A stretch of 64,000 nt of DNA from Octopus sinensis (Eukaryota), in assembly GCF_006345805.1 (NCBI RefSeq), contig NC_043016.1, positions 22,506,001 through 22,570,000 of the forward strand, in the 5' to 3' direction. Positions 36,214 to 49,100 of the stretch are shown here, piece after piece. Within the stretch, counting starts at the first letter, position 1. Every line of letters begins with the position of its first letter. The position numbers were made by a program, and so were the translations under genes. The notes under the pieces were generated by a model, which did no database searches, was not told where the DNA came from, and worked only from the letters and a program-made list of their open reading frames with translations.

Positions 36214-37501
36214 TGAGGGGCGTTCAATAAGTAATACCCCTGACCCACTTCCCATAGCAGTAGAGCAACGAAACTTGGCACAGTTATTAGTCTTTTTTTT
36301 ACATAGGAACCACCCAGAGTTACGCATTTCTCCCATTGTTTGATGCAGCTCTGGAGACCGTTTTTGTAGAAGACCCCAGCTTGGTCCTCCAACCTGAACG
36401 TGACTTCAGAAATCAAGGCTGCATCATCTTGGAAACGCTTTCCTTTCAAAAACAACTTCATGACTGGGAAGAGGTGAAAATCAGAGAGTGCAAGGTCAGG
36501 AAAGTAGGGGGATGGGGGAGGAGTTCATAGCCATTCGCCTGTGCTTCTGATCTGGCGACAAGCGAGTTGTGGACCGGAGCGTTGTCCTGCAGGAGCAGGA
36601 TGCCTTTGCTGATCTTGCCCCGCCTCTTGATTTTGATAACTTCTCTTAATTTCCTCAAAAGTGAAGCATAATAAGCTCCTGCAATTGTGGTACCCTTTGC
36701 TAGGAAATATGTCATCACTACTCCGTCCTGGTCCCAGAAGACTGTGAGCATGACCTTGCCAGCGGAGGGCTGCACCCTTGCCTTCTTTGGAGGGGGTGAG
36801 TCACGGTGCTTCCACTGCATTGACTGGGCTTTGGTCTCTGGATCATCGTGATGGACCCAGGTTTCATCCTGTGTAATCAGTCTTTTGAAAAATTTTGACT
36901 CATCTTGGCACATCTCCAAATTCACCCTCGAGCACTCGACGCGTTCTTGCTTCTGGAAAGGCGTGAGCAACCTGGGAATCCATCTGGCAGACACCTTTTG
37001 CATATGCAAATGGTCATGAATGATAGTTTCCACAGACCCGGTACTAATCTTGACCTCATGGGCTATTTGGCGAATAGTTATGCGTCGATCTTCCAAAATG
37101 GCAGCCTCAACTTGACGGACAGATGCCTCATCAATGGCAGAAGGGGCGACCAGATCTGGGAGCTGTTTCCACAGAGTTCCGACCATGTTTGAATTCACGA
37201 TGCCAGCGTTTTACAAGGTCATATGATGGGGCATCATCACCATAAGTTACTTTCATTTCATCAAAAGTCTCCCGTGGTGTGCGTCCTTTCAAATACAAAA
37301 ACCGGATCACTGCTCGACACTCAACAGGCTCCATTTCACACTTGACTCGGTTCAAACACCTGTAAATCAGAAACCACAATTAATTCAGAGCTGTAATTTT
37401 CCACTTACTCTATAGAGATATAAATGATTGCACATGCAAAATTTCAGCTAGATCAAACAACTGCAAGTGGGTCAGAGGCATTACTTATTGAACGTCCCTC
37501 G
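36214..37501 (-). mobile_element. Full-length mariner (DD34D) DNA transposon, frameshifted
   Basis: TA-flanked TIRs (t/c)gaggg(g/a)cgttcaataagtaat..ctgacccact; 1288 bp; WIPRLLT, ITQDETWVHH, LLQDNAPVH, LLPHPP. Confidence 0.95.
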
Positions 37502-38145
37502 TATAATAATGAAAAGACTATATAATATAGTGATGATAAAATAAACAGTGACAAAGAAATATATATTCGAATAAAAACTATAGTTAAAAGTGGACTTAAA
37601 CAAATATGAATGAATGACAAAATGCAAAAAAAAAAAAAAAAAGATATATAACCTAATCTACGGAAAAAAATTTACAAATGATAAAATATAATAATCATAA
37701 TTTACAAAGTAAAAATTAGAGAGTAATAACATAAAAATAACGTTAAAAATATCATAAAACAAATGTTGTAAAAATATAATAAAAAATATGTAAGTTCAGT
37801 CTATCGTTGTATAACATGGTTATACTACTTGCTAAGTTCAGCTTAACGTCGCAAGGCTTGGCAAAAGTATCTACATTCCCACCTATTTGGGAAAATTTTT
37901 GACTGGAAAAACACTCAGATCAAAGCAGATCTTATAGGGAACCACCTTGACCAAAAAATTTTTTAAAATTCCAAATAAAGAGAGAGAAATTCAATCAACT
38001 TACAGGAGCTGATGTCAACACATCCACAGAAAAACATTCTTTAAAAGAATGCACATATTCCTAATTTGATGTCATCATCTTTATTCTCATACTCACACAA
38101 AATATGCATAGATATATGAATTATATATATATATATATATATATG

Positions 38146-41100
38146 GTGGATTTACTCATCGAAGACGATGAATGAGAGTTCAGTAAATAACCTTCAACAA
38201 TTCCGAAGCCTTGTGACACCACATGTGTACTTTCAATCCAGCAGATGTCTTGCACACTTTCTCGCAAATGGTACACTTGCATGTATTCGTTGGTTCAAAA
38301 TGTCTTCTCGAGTGGACAGCTAACCCAGCTTTGCTTCGTGCTTTGAACCCACAGTGACACACACAATCATTGTTCGGTGGATTTTGCTGATGTGTTGCTT
38401 TCAAATTTGCACAAAGGGCGTCCCTATGACGAAGGCGGTTACTTTCAAATTCCCTAGTCTTTAGAAAACACATTTTCCTCCATTTGCTGCAATCCCCTGC
38501 TGCACTCTCCCAGGAGCTCAGAGCAATGTCACAACGCTTCAGATTGTCTTTTAGTTTATCCTTGTAACGAAGAAGAGGACGCCCTGTTGGACGGGAAGAA
38601 TTTGTCAATTGCCCATAAAAAAACTGCTTTGGAACTCTTGAGTCATCCATTCTTACGAGATGACCAGACCACCGCATTTGTATCTTAATCAAAAATGTTT
38701 CAATACCAGTGATCTCACACCTCTCCAGTAACTCACTATTTCGAACACGATCTTGCCATTTAACATTGCAAATAGAACAAAGACATCTCATATGGAAAGA
38801 ATCAAGCTGATTGATATGTTTGCGATACAAGGTCCATGATTCAGCACCATACAGAAGAGTAGATAGAACAACAGATTTGTAGACTGCTACTTTTACTTTG
38901 AGACACATCGTGGCTGTTCCAGAGTCTGTGTCGCAACCTACCAAATGCTTCACTTGCTTTATTGATTCCGTTTTGGATATCTTTTTCAAATTTTACATCA
39001 TCAGACACAATAGAGCCGTGGTATGTAAAAGAAGATACTGTTTTCAAAGCTTTACCATCAACATATACCACTGGTTGTGAAGAGGGTGAAGAGTTTGTTT
39101 TTGGCTGGTGAATAAGTTCAGTTTTCGTTATGCTAATTGTAAGACCAAAGGCCTTACATGCATCAGAGAAGCTATTGAGGATGTTCTGCATGTCCTCAAG
39201 ACTATGGGTGACAAGAGCACAGTCATCAGCAAAAATGGAGATCAAGAACAGTCTGCACAAAAGTCTGGGTTTTGGCTTTGAACCGCTGCTGGTTAAATAA
39301 CCCTCCGCTTGATCAATACTCAACACCTACACCTTCCGAGGTGTCTTTGAAGGCTGTTTCAAGCATCACTGAAAAGAAAAGAGCAAATAGGATCGGAGCA
39401 AGGACACATTCTTGCTTGGTTCCATTTGACACTTCGAATGGTTCACTTTGTTCGCAGTCAGACCGTACAGACGCCATCATTCCATGACGAAAGGAGACAA
39501 TCACATTCAACATCTTGTCTGGAACACCAAGCTTCCTCAAAACAGTCCACAGGGCATCCCTGGAGACGGTATCAAATGCCTTAGTGAGATCAACAAAGGT
39601 AACAAACAAGTCCTTATTCTGTTCCCTTGCTTTCTCTTGTAGTTGCCGTAAGCTGATCATATCCACAGTGCCTCTTCCAGACTGGAAACCACATTGGGTT
39701 TCTGGGAGCACAGTTTTACAAATTGAATCATTGAGTCTGTTTAAGATTACACGCGCTAGAATCTTACCAGCAACAGATAAGAGAGAGATTCCTCTATGGT
39801 TATCACACTCCATATTTATTTCCTTTGTGCTTAAACAGGTGAATAATTGAAGCATCTTTGAACTGTTGTGGCATGGTACCAAGTTCCCATATTGATGAAA
39901 ACAGAGCACTTAGTTTCCTGATTAGCAGTTGGCTTCCACATTTGTATATTTCTGCAGGTATCCCATCATCACCTGGAGCTTTACCATTTGACAATTGCTT
40001 TATAGCCTTTTCGACCTCCGACATGGATGGACTGTCAGCAAGATTCTCGATGGCTGGCTTCTGAGGAAGATTATCAATCACTTCCTGATCCACGGTCGAT
40101 TCTCTGTTTAAAACATTTGAAAAATTTTCAGCCCAGCGCTTAGTAATTTCTTTCTTATCGGTAAGGAGAGTGCCATCTGATGAAAATATTGAAGATACCC
40201 CCCCCCCCCCTTTGAGATGGGACCAAAGACACCTTTGAGATTTTGGTAGAAAGATTTAAAGTCGCACTTATTCGCTGCATCTTGTAAGGCCTGGGCTTTC
40301 AACTTCCACCAGTTTTGTTTCATTTCCTGGAGCTGAGATTGTGCCAATTTTTTGGCCATTCGAAAAGCCTTGTGTTTTACTGAAGAATTTTTGTCAGTAA
40401 TCCACACTTCGATGGGTTTGATGTATGTTACTGAGCAAAAGGAGGATGGTTGGATCATTTTCATCAAACCAATCTTGGTTCTTCCTTCGAACATATCCTA
40501 ATGACTCTTTGGCAGAGTCATACACTGCAGTTTTAAACTATGACCAAGATGCCTCAATGTCATTCCCACATATAATGGAGGACAGCTTTTCATCAGTAAC
40601 CTTTTGAAATGACTGCATGGCCTCCTTAACCTTCAACTTGTCCACATCAATTCTCTTGATGGGAGAACTACGTTGATTTCGAACAGGGCGTTTGATTTTC
40701 ATCTTGATTGTGGAGCAGATCAATTTGTGATCTAACCAACATTTCCCTATACTGTAAGAGCATGTAAGACTTGCATCTTGTCTATCAGAATGATGTACAA
40801 TGACATAGTCAATGAGATGATAATGATTAGACCGGGGATGCTTCCAACTGGCTTTCTTGCAATTAGGTAACTGAAACACGGTATTAGTGAGCAAAAGATC
40901 AAACTCACTGCAAAGAGACAATAAGAGAACACCGTTTGAGTTGACTTTACCAATTCCGTGTGAACCAACGACGTTGCTCCATAATTGTGTATCGCTACCT
41001 ACACGAGCATTGAAGTCACTTAAGATAAACAGATTATCTTACAGCTTATCTTAAATAGATAATCTGTTAATCTGTTCACATAAAGAGGAGTAAAAACTTT

Positions 41101-42109
41101 CTTTTAGCAACTCAAAAATGTAGCATATATGTCTTTTTCTACCGCAATGCGCAAGGACATAAGTCTGTCATTTATACCAACAGACAGAGAGTCAAGATTT
41201 TTGGCAATATCATTCCTGATGGCAAAACCAACGCCTGATTCACGTTTCTCAGAACTTGCTTTTCCTATCCAATAGAAAGTGTACCCACCTTCAACTTCCT
41301 CTAACTGTCCCATATTAGCAAACCTGGTTTCAGAAAGAGCTGCAATATCAATTTTATGATGCTTCAACACACGTGCTATGATAGCGGTTCTTCATTCAGG
41401 GTTCTTTTTGTTATCTTGGAGTGTTCTCACCATCCTAGACGCAATGAACATAATTGTACCATGTATTTTCTTTCTATTTTTGATTTGGGTGCAATATTGG
41501 ATGCCCAGACATCTGCACCAGATGACAGGGACAAGAGCAAGTAAGCAATGTTTAGGTCATTTTTTATAGACCCCTCCCCATGAAAAGGAAAGCAGTGCCA
41601 TCCTAAAAAGGGCTGCTTTGTTATGAAAGGAGGACACGAGTCACACAATTACTTGCGGGTGTTGTGTAAAATGGCCATCTACCTTCCACCACCTATGTGC
41701 AATGTTCATGTTAGGAACTACCAGTGACATCCTTCACCTGTTCCCGTCACAATCCCATCATCGCCATAGGATTTAATAAAAAAAACAAACAAACAAAAAA
41801 TACCTATCGATGCGCCAAACCTCAGGTGTTATTGAGTGAAAATGGTTTACTGAACAACCAGCACTTTGACTTGTTTAAAGTGGTCATTGCTTGTGCTGAA
41901 CAAAGCCCACTCTCTCCATCGAATTAACATGGTCTGTACAGGTGGACGGTGTGCCACACGTCAGATGATAAAACAATCGCAGGATTTTCTTGTAAGAGTG
42001 TTCCATCTCCTAGATCAGTCAGTTGTGAGAGTCAACACTAAAGGATCTGATCCACCCTGGTAGGCTTTCTGCGCGCCTGGGCACCATACCAGGTATTTCT
42101 AGGTCCTCA

Positions 42110-42112
<3 letters not shown>
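38146..42112 (-). mobile_element. Near full-length degenerate RTE LINE (second family)
   Basis: EN (IDIAALSETR, LLGDFNARVG), RT (HRGISLLS, FVDLTKAFD, GTKQECVLAP, FADDCAL), two C-terminal CCHH fingers; (TA)n on both sides. Confidence 0.92.
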
Positions 42113-42144
<32 letters not shown>

Positions 42145-42257
42145 TATATTAAATTAGAGATAAAACCACTATTATGTAAATCATACAATGAAAAGCTTAA
42201 GCCAATACTTATATTATTTAAATATATATCAAAATTATTAAAAAAGATAATTAATAT

Positions 42258-42326
42258 AACACTACGATCGTTTCATGGCTGTTCAATTCTTAAAATTTCC
42301 GAGTTACAGTCATTCTTCAGGTGGTT
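42258..42326 (-). ncRNA. Type I hammerhead ribozyme, one helix II mismatch
   Basis: cac CTGAAGA atgactg..cagccat GAAA CGATC GTA gtg. Confidence 0.75.
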
Positions 42327-42483
42327 TAAATATTTAACTTGGCGAGGTTTATATATATATATATATATATATATTATATTAAATTAGAGACAAAACCACT
42401 ATTATGCAAATCAAACAAAGAAAGACTTAAGCCAATACATAAATTAATTTATATAAATTTAGAAATTTAACAATTATAAATAG

Positions 42484-42540
42484 CCACTACGATCGTTTCA
42501 TGTCTTATTTCAGCACATCTTTGAGACATTCTTCAGGTGG
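42484..42540 (-). ncRNA. Type I hammerhead ribozyme, intact core
   Basis: CCAC CUGAAGA AUGUCU-(18 nt)-AGACAU GAAA C-GAUC-GUA^GUGG; helices I and II pair perfectly and helix III is palindromic. Confidence 0.9.
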
Positions 42541-43864
42541 TTTCAAAACCTTCTTGGCGAGTTTTGCTGTATTGAAGTATACACAAAAAAAATGAGACCT
42601 CAGTATATCAAATATAGAAGAAAGTTTACTTAATTATTACAATAACAGTTATACAATATAATTCTATGAAACTCTGAAAAACAGATTTTAAAATTGAATC
42701 TGAACGCTAAAATTCAAGGGGAGCAACTCATATCAAATTGAAAATAAGTAAAATAAGTACCGAAGGGAAGCAACTCATGTCTAAAATGTGGGCAAAAGAA
42801 AAATATATATCTTATGAGGAACAAGTCGATGAAGTCTTTAAATATTATCTTGGGAAGGCCCAAACTCCAAGCAGGAATGTTGTGACATGTAGACAAGTTC
42901 CAAAGAGCTCAAACTTTGAATTTAAATATGTATTTGGATCTAATGAACTCTTTCAGATAAGTCATCTACCACTACCGTTAGTATAAGGTTTGCATTTTGC
43001 TAATATCTTCCAGCTAATGCTGTAGTTAACTCCTTGCACTTTTAAGGACCAAATATCACTGGATAATTTAGTTGCCTTACATTTATTCTAGTCTCTGAAG
43101 CTAACTATATGATTATGAAATCTTGAAATTTTCTTCTGTAAGACCCATATATTTTTTAGTTACAGCTGCATTGCTAGTGCTGGTAGAACTCACAGTAGCT
43201 TCATAAACGATGACCTCGCTCAAACCATTCATTGGGTACTGGTCTTTACTATGCTGTGCAGTTTTATAAGTAATTATATTCTTGAAATTAGGTGTCAAGC
43301 TAAAACTAATTTTCAGATTATGCCTATTAAAAAGTTTTCTAAATTTATTCTGACTTGGGAAATGCTTATTATATAAGTGATAGGAAGTATTTACATATCT
43401 TAAAATTCACTTCCAGAGAGTAAGGAGGTGCAAACCAGAATATTTTCCTGTTTCTATTTTTCCTATTCTTTATATCTGACCTAACATTGGGAGTATATAT
43501 TAATTTTCATTAAAGCCACTAGCTTTAAGTGCACTATTATACAAAGGTGCAACACTTATGTTTATATTAAATGAGAGGTTAGAAATTTTTCTACTGATAT
43601 TCTTAACTAAATTCTTTAAAACTATGTGTAGGTATCAAGAACATATATTGATATAACTAATTCTGTCATTGGGCTTTCTATAGGGCTCGTAGGTATTCTG
43701 CAGTAAATTTAAGGTTACATCCAGGAAATTAACAGCTGTTAAGTTGGTGTCAGTCATTATATTAGGCTTGAATGACTGCATTATCTGGATATCTTTCCTA
43801 TAGCGCCATTTGGTGTTGCTACATAATTTTTACTTCACTAAATCTTTTTAGAACCTGACATTTG

Positions 43865-45570
43865 GTGCATGAGGGAGTTTGATGCCGCTGCTCTCATTTG
43901 CACTTCCTGTTGTGAAGTTGGTTCATCTGGGACACTTGACAGTAAGAGATCTAGTTTCATTTTTAAAACACATCCAGCCCGTGCAGGTCTCTCAGATCCT
44001 TCGGGAGGATATTGAAGAGCTGTTGCAATATCTTGTCCTATATGTTGATGTCAAAGTTGGAGCCTTTGGCATTATGCAGTGGAACACTGTTTTAGCATTA
44101 GTATAATTCTCAATGCCATTGTTTGGGACAAGTCTCTCCATGATCTTCCAAATGTATATTACGGCATATTCTAGGGAATAGAATCTCAACCTGTAACTTA
44201 TATGCTATATAGAAGTTGTCTTTCTGTAGCTTTGTTGAATTGACTCAAGTTCTGCAATTAATTTCACACTGGTTGGTGACCATAGCTGGAAGCAATAGTT
44301 GAAGTGGCTTAGGACAAATGTCCTCCAGGCGACCATCATGGCTTCCTGATCTTTCATTTTAAAAGATCTAAGTATCCATCTGGTCTGCATTTCATTGTCA
44401 ACTTAGCAACATGCACATGGAAGGATGCATCATTACTCATGTAAATGCCCAGGTTTCGCACTTACTGTGTCTCTGGCATCGCAATCCCTCCACGTTCAAT
44501 GTATTAGGTTGTCCCAAAAGTTCGTAAACACTTGCGAAAATTGAATTTTTACTCGCCAAGTACTACCAAAAACAACAAAAATTATTCCTCAAAATAAAGA
44601 CCATTATTTTCCAAGACTTTCTACGAACTTTTGGGACAACCTTATATTTAATTGGTATTGCATTTAGTTTTGCATTCTGATAACATAGGGCTTGTTATCA
44701 GAATGCAAAACTTTTCAACATTAAACAGCATGCTATTCTTAGCCCACTTGTATATTTCATCTAATTCACATTGCAGCTGCATAGCATCTTCAGTTCTGTA
44801 TCACCTGCGAGACTTCTGTATCACCTGCATAACTTGTGATTGTGGCTCTCTGTGTGGCTGAGGGCATATCCGAGAGGGCCATTATGAACAGTAGTGATCC
44901 CAGATCAGTACCTTGTGGAATACCGCTCACTATTTACATGTCATTAGAGGTGGCTCCATTGGCTACTCCTGCTTGACGTCTATCTGGCAGAAAGTCATGC
45001 AGTCATTCTCCAAATTTCTTAAATATGCCGAGATCACGCAGTTTGTGACATATCATTCCATGATCAACTTTATCAAAAGTCTTTGCAAAGTCTAGATATA
45101 CCAAATCCACATTTGAGTGGTTGAGCAGCTGTTTCAACACCCAATCATAGTTTTGTAAGAGCTGAGTCAGGCTGCTTCTTTGTGGTTGGAAACCATGTTG
45201 GGTGTCAGTCAGCAAGTCATTTTCCTCAAGGAGCGTGGTTAGTTTTCTTCTGACTATTCATTACACGATTTTGCTGATGTGTGAGGTCAGAGAGACAGGT
45301 CTGTAGTTTTTGGCCGCTGCTCTGCTACTTCCTTTACAATTGAGGCATATTTTACCTTCCCACAGCTTGCTTGGAAGTTGCAAAGAATATCTAGAAGAGA
45401 AACTGCAGTGGTCTTGCTAGAACTCCCTTACATGATCTTTGAAGGATTGCTGGGAATCCATCAGGGCTAGTAGATGAGTTTGGGTTCATCTCATCTATAG
45501 CCCTTATTACATCGTCTTCTTTTATATTGATGTAATCAATCATCACTACCTCTGTTTATGTTTACATTGA
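43865..45570 (-). mobile_element. CR1-clade LINE RT relic
   Basis: NYRPVSLTSH, QHGFQPQRSSLTQLL, VDLVYLDFAKTFDKVDH, QLWSP, IYIWKI. Confidence 0.8.
44504..44644. mobile_element. 141-bp mariner-type MITE
   Basis: TA-flanked 23-bp TIRs t(t/a)aggttgtcccaaaagttcgta. Confidence 0.9.
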
Positions 45571-45595
45571 TAATGATGATAATAATAATAATAAT

Positions 45596-46174
45596 TTATT
45601 CTTTTTATTGGCCACAAGGGCTGACACACATGATTAGAAACATAAAGGGACAGAACAGGACGAAAGGTTACAAAGGGTTTTGTCCGTTTTTGAAAAAATA
45701 ATCCGTGTAAACAACAGTGTAACAATGAAAATATTTAACAACGAAAAACTCCCAAAAGGGGGAGGTGTTACGAAAAGTTCCTGGTGGAAAAAACCCATTA
45801 AAGCCAACAGGAGCCTGGTCAAAAAAAGGCGCGCGTGCTTTCCGGTTCGGAAGGAGGATCTCTGTTGCCTTTTATGGCGCGAGGTGGGTGTTTTTTTGGA
45901 AGAGCTTGTGACAATGTGTGTGTTTGTGGAGGGTATGTTGTTGGAAGGAAGGAACAGCCGACTGTTCGCTTCATAGCCATTTTTGTTTAAATGTGTTTGT
46001 TATTTTCACAATGTTCAAAAGTTTAAAATTTTGCCTAGCCAACTAGCTTCGTACGAAGTTAGTTGGTTTGGCCACAAAAATATCCAAAAATATTAACACT
46101 TTTAAAGAAATTACCAATCAAATTGGCACAAAACTTACGCAGCTTTTGGAGACACGTCCATCCGCTTTGAAAGA
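45596..46174 (-). mobile_element. Tx1 family B mini-copy B0 (5' UTR and ORF1 start fused to the 3' UTR)
   Basis: Junction ggtcaaaaaaagg|cgcgcgtgctttccgg at ~45828; (AAT)n on both sides. Confidence 0.85.
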
Positions 46175-46189
46175 AATAATAATAATAAT

Positions 46190-49100
46190 TAATTCTTTTT
46201 ATTGGCCAGAATGATTAGGAACATAAAGGGACAAAACAGGATGAAAGGTTACAAAGGGTTTTGTCCGTTTTTGAAAAAAATCCGTGTAAACAACTGTATA
46301 ACAATAATTATATAACAACATAAAACACCCAAAAAGGGGAGGCGTTACGAAAGGTTCCTGGTGGAAAAAACCCCACAAAAGCCAATGGGAGCCTGGTCAA
46401 AAAAAGTGGGGGTAGAGAGCCCCTTTTTTCTCCTTTTATATTACCTTATTGAATCACAGGCGAAACCTGAGAACTGGTCCATTTATACAGGCCAGTCTCG
46501 CACAATTCACCCACCTTTCATAAAACTTGCTATCAGACAGCACTCTCCTCTCTAACCTCATCATCCTTTTCAAGTGAAACTTGAAAAAGTTGATGAGGCC
46601 TTGACCAAAGAGGAAAGTGTCTGACTTTAGTCCTTTCAAACGAGTCCACCATACAACTTCTTTTGCCACAGCCACTAGGCACAAGAAAACGGCCTTGCCC
46701 TCCTTGTTAAAGGAGGTCGGCGGGGCAATCTTCACTATGGATTCAGCCGATAGTCAGATCCGTCCTACACGTGACAGTAGCTGTTCGACATAAACCCATA
46801 TTTCAGCAATACTCGGGCACTGGACGAGTGTGTGCAGAACGGTTTCGTCGTCCTGGCAACACCTCGGGCAGGCCTGGCTGACGGCACTTCCGTGCCGGTA
46901 GAGTTTATCTCAAACAGGCAGAGCCCCTCGGTAGCACTGCCAGGCAAGCGACCTCTGGAAATTATCCATCGGCCCCGGCCTGAAAGTCCTCCCGAACAGA
47001 CCGCTCAATTCGTCATCTTCAACGCCTAGAGTTTCCCAAAGAACGTCGTCGCATTTTTCCTCCACTAACCCTCTATAGAACGCTAGAGTGGAGCTGTAAC
47101 CGATCGCATTGGCCGCCTGACGGAGGGCGGAGAGGGCTTGACGGCACTCGAGGTGCCAAGCGGTCTACGTTTGATCCAGGTCTGCAGCTCCGTCAAAGAG
47201 ACGAGCTGCGGAAAATCGCGTCTGACAAAAGACGACCACACCTGTTCACCGTCTAGGAAGCGCTTGAGATGCCGCAGCCTGAGCGCATGTCTGCGCAACA
47301 GCAACCACGGCATTCCAAGGCCTCCGTTCAGCAGTCATTGAGAGCAGATGGATCGCCTGACCAGTGGCACCTGACCCTTCCACAAAAAGTCGAAGAGCAG
47401 GCGTACCAGCTTGGCCAACCAGCGGTCGGGAAAAGGATGACGGTCAAGCGGTAATAGATGACGGATGCGATGTACGCATTCGCCACCTCCGCTCGACCTT
47501 TCACGGACAGCTTCCTCTCGGCCCATTTCTGGGTGAGACATGCCACCCTGCTCGTCACCTCTTCCCAGTTCTTATCCACCTGGAGGTCCGGACCGAACCA
47601 GACCCCGAGCAGTTTAACGGGTCCGTCTGTCCAGCGCCCTACGACGCTGTTGGACGGCATGGGCTTGCCTCTCCAGGTGCCCAGTTGCAAGCCCACAGAC
47701 TTTTCCGCGTTAATCTTTGCCCCTGTCACCGCTTCGTACTGGTTTAGCGTCTCGCCAATCAGGCCAATGTGCCTGTGGCTCGACACCACCACGGTGACGT
47801 CGTCGGCATAAGCAGACACGCTGTTTCTGCCTCCTAGATCACGCGGGATATCCCTCAAAGCCTCCAACTTGCGCAGTAATGGCTCGAGAGTCAAAATGTA
47901 CAAGAGGGAGGAGAGAGGGCATCCTTGGCGGACTGAACGCGAGATGTCGAACGGTTCCGAAAGGTGACCGTTCACCCGTATCACCGAGCAGATGTTGCTG
48001 TATAAAGCAGCTATCCACCCGCGGAAGCTGGACCGAAGCCGGCTGCCTTGAGGACAGCTGCCAGGTACCGATGGTCGACCCTATCGAAAGCTTTACTCTG
48101 ATCCAAGTTGATCAAAGCCCCACCCGCGCCAGCGTCGTTATCCACCCTCTCTATGATGTAGCGCATGAGATGGAGGTTGTCGTGTATCGACCTGGTCGGC
48201 ACGGCGCATGTCTGCGTCTTGCCGACCAGCTTGTCCATGGCAAGCGCCAATCTCTTGGCTAGCACCTTGGCCAAAATCTTCAACTCTGCATTGAGCAGAG
48301 TGATGGGCCGGAAATTCCCTATAACGGCCCCCTTGTTTGGGTCCTTCTTTAGCAAAGCCACCACCCTCGACAGACAAAAGCAGGAATTCTCCCGTTTTGC
48401 TGCCAGTTGCAGTAGACGTTTGCCAACAGGCCCGCAATCAAGCCTGCACCGTTGTCCGTTCCACCGCTCGTCCCAAACAGTTGAGCAAAGTGCCGCTGAA
48501 GCACCGTACACATCTGCTTCGGTTGGGTAACCTCGCGCCCGTTCTGGTCCACCAAAGACCGAATGGTTGCTCTGTTGCCTCGCTTCGCCTCCGCCACGCG
48601 GGCCCATCGAGCGGCTCTAGTCCCCTCCCCGCTTAGCGAACGTGCCTTAGCTCTGACAACGCAGCCTTCGTGTTTGGTGTTGAAGTGTTGGTCGAGGGCC
48701 AACACGTCGGTCGCTATGCCAGTGTCAAGAGCCTCGTCTAGTTTCTTAACTAAATCCCGCTCTCTCTTCCTACGTTCAATAGTTAGAGTCTTACTATACC
48801 TAATCGACTCTACTCTAAATGCTCTCTTGAGGGCGAACCACCAGTTGTTGTTGATGATTGCCCCCGTGACCGCCCGCTTAACTAGTAAACTAATCCGGTC
48901 TCTGTAAGCTTTGCACGCCGTTAACGACGCGTTCAGCTTCCAGTAGCCGGGTCCCTGTCTATGTAGCCTATCTAAGTCGACCGTACAGATCACTAATTTG
49001 TGGTCCGTATATTCGACTAGGTGGAATTGTGGACACCCTACGCTGTCCTTATCCGCTGGCCTACAAAACACTCTATCTAAGTACGATCTAGACGACCCGA

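Larger units (their letters stand above)
42143..43860 (-). mobile_element. Penelope-like element 3' part with two tandem pseudo-LTRs
   Basis: IVYEATV..KYMGLTEENFK (GIY-YIG); VNFLDVT-like RT tail; repeat units at 42143-42350 and 42375-42560. Confidence 0.8.
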
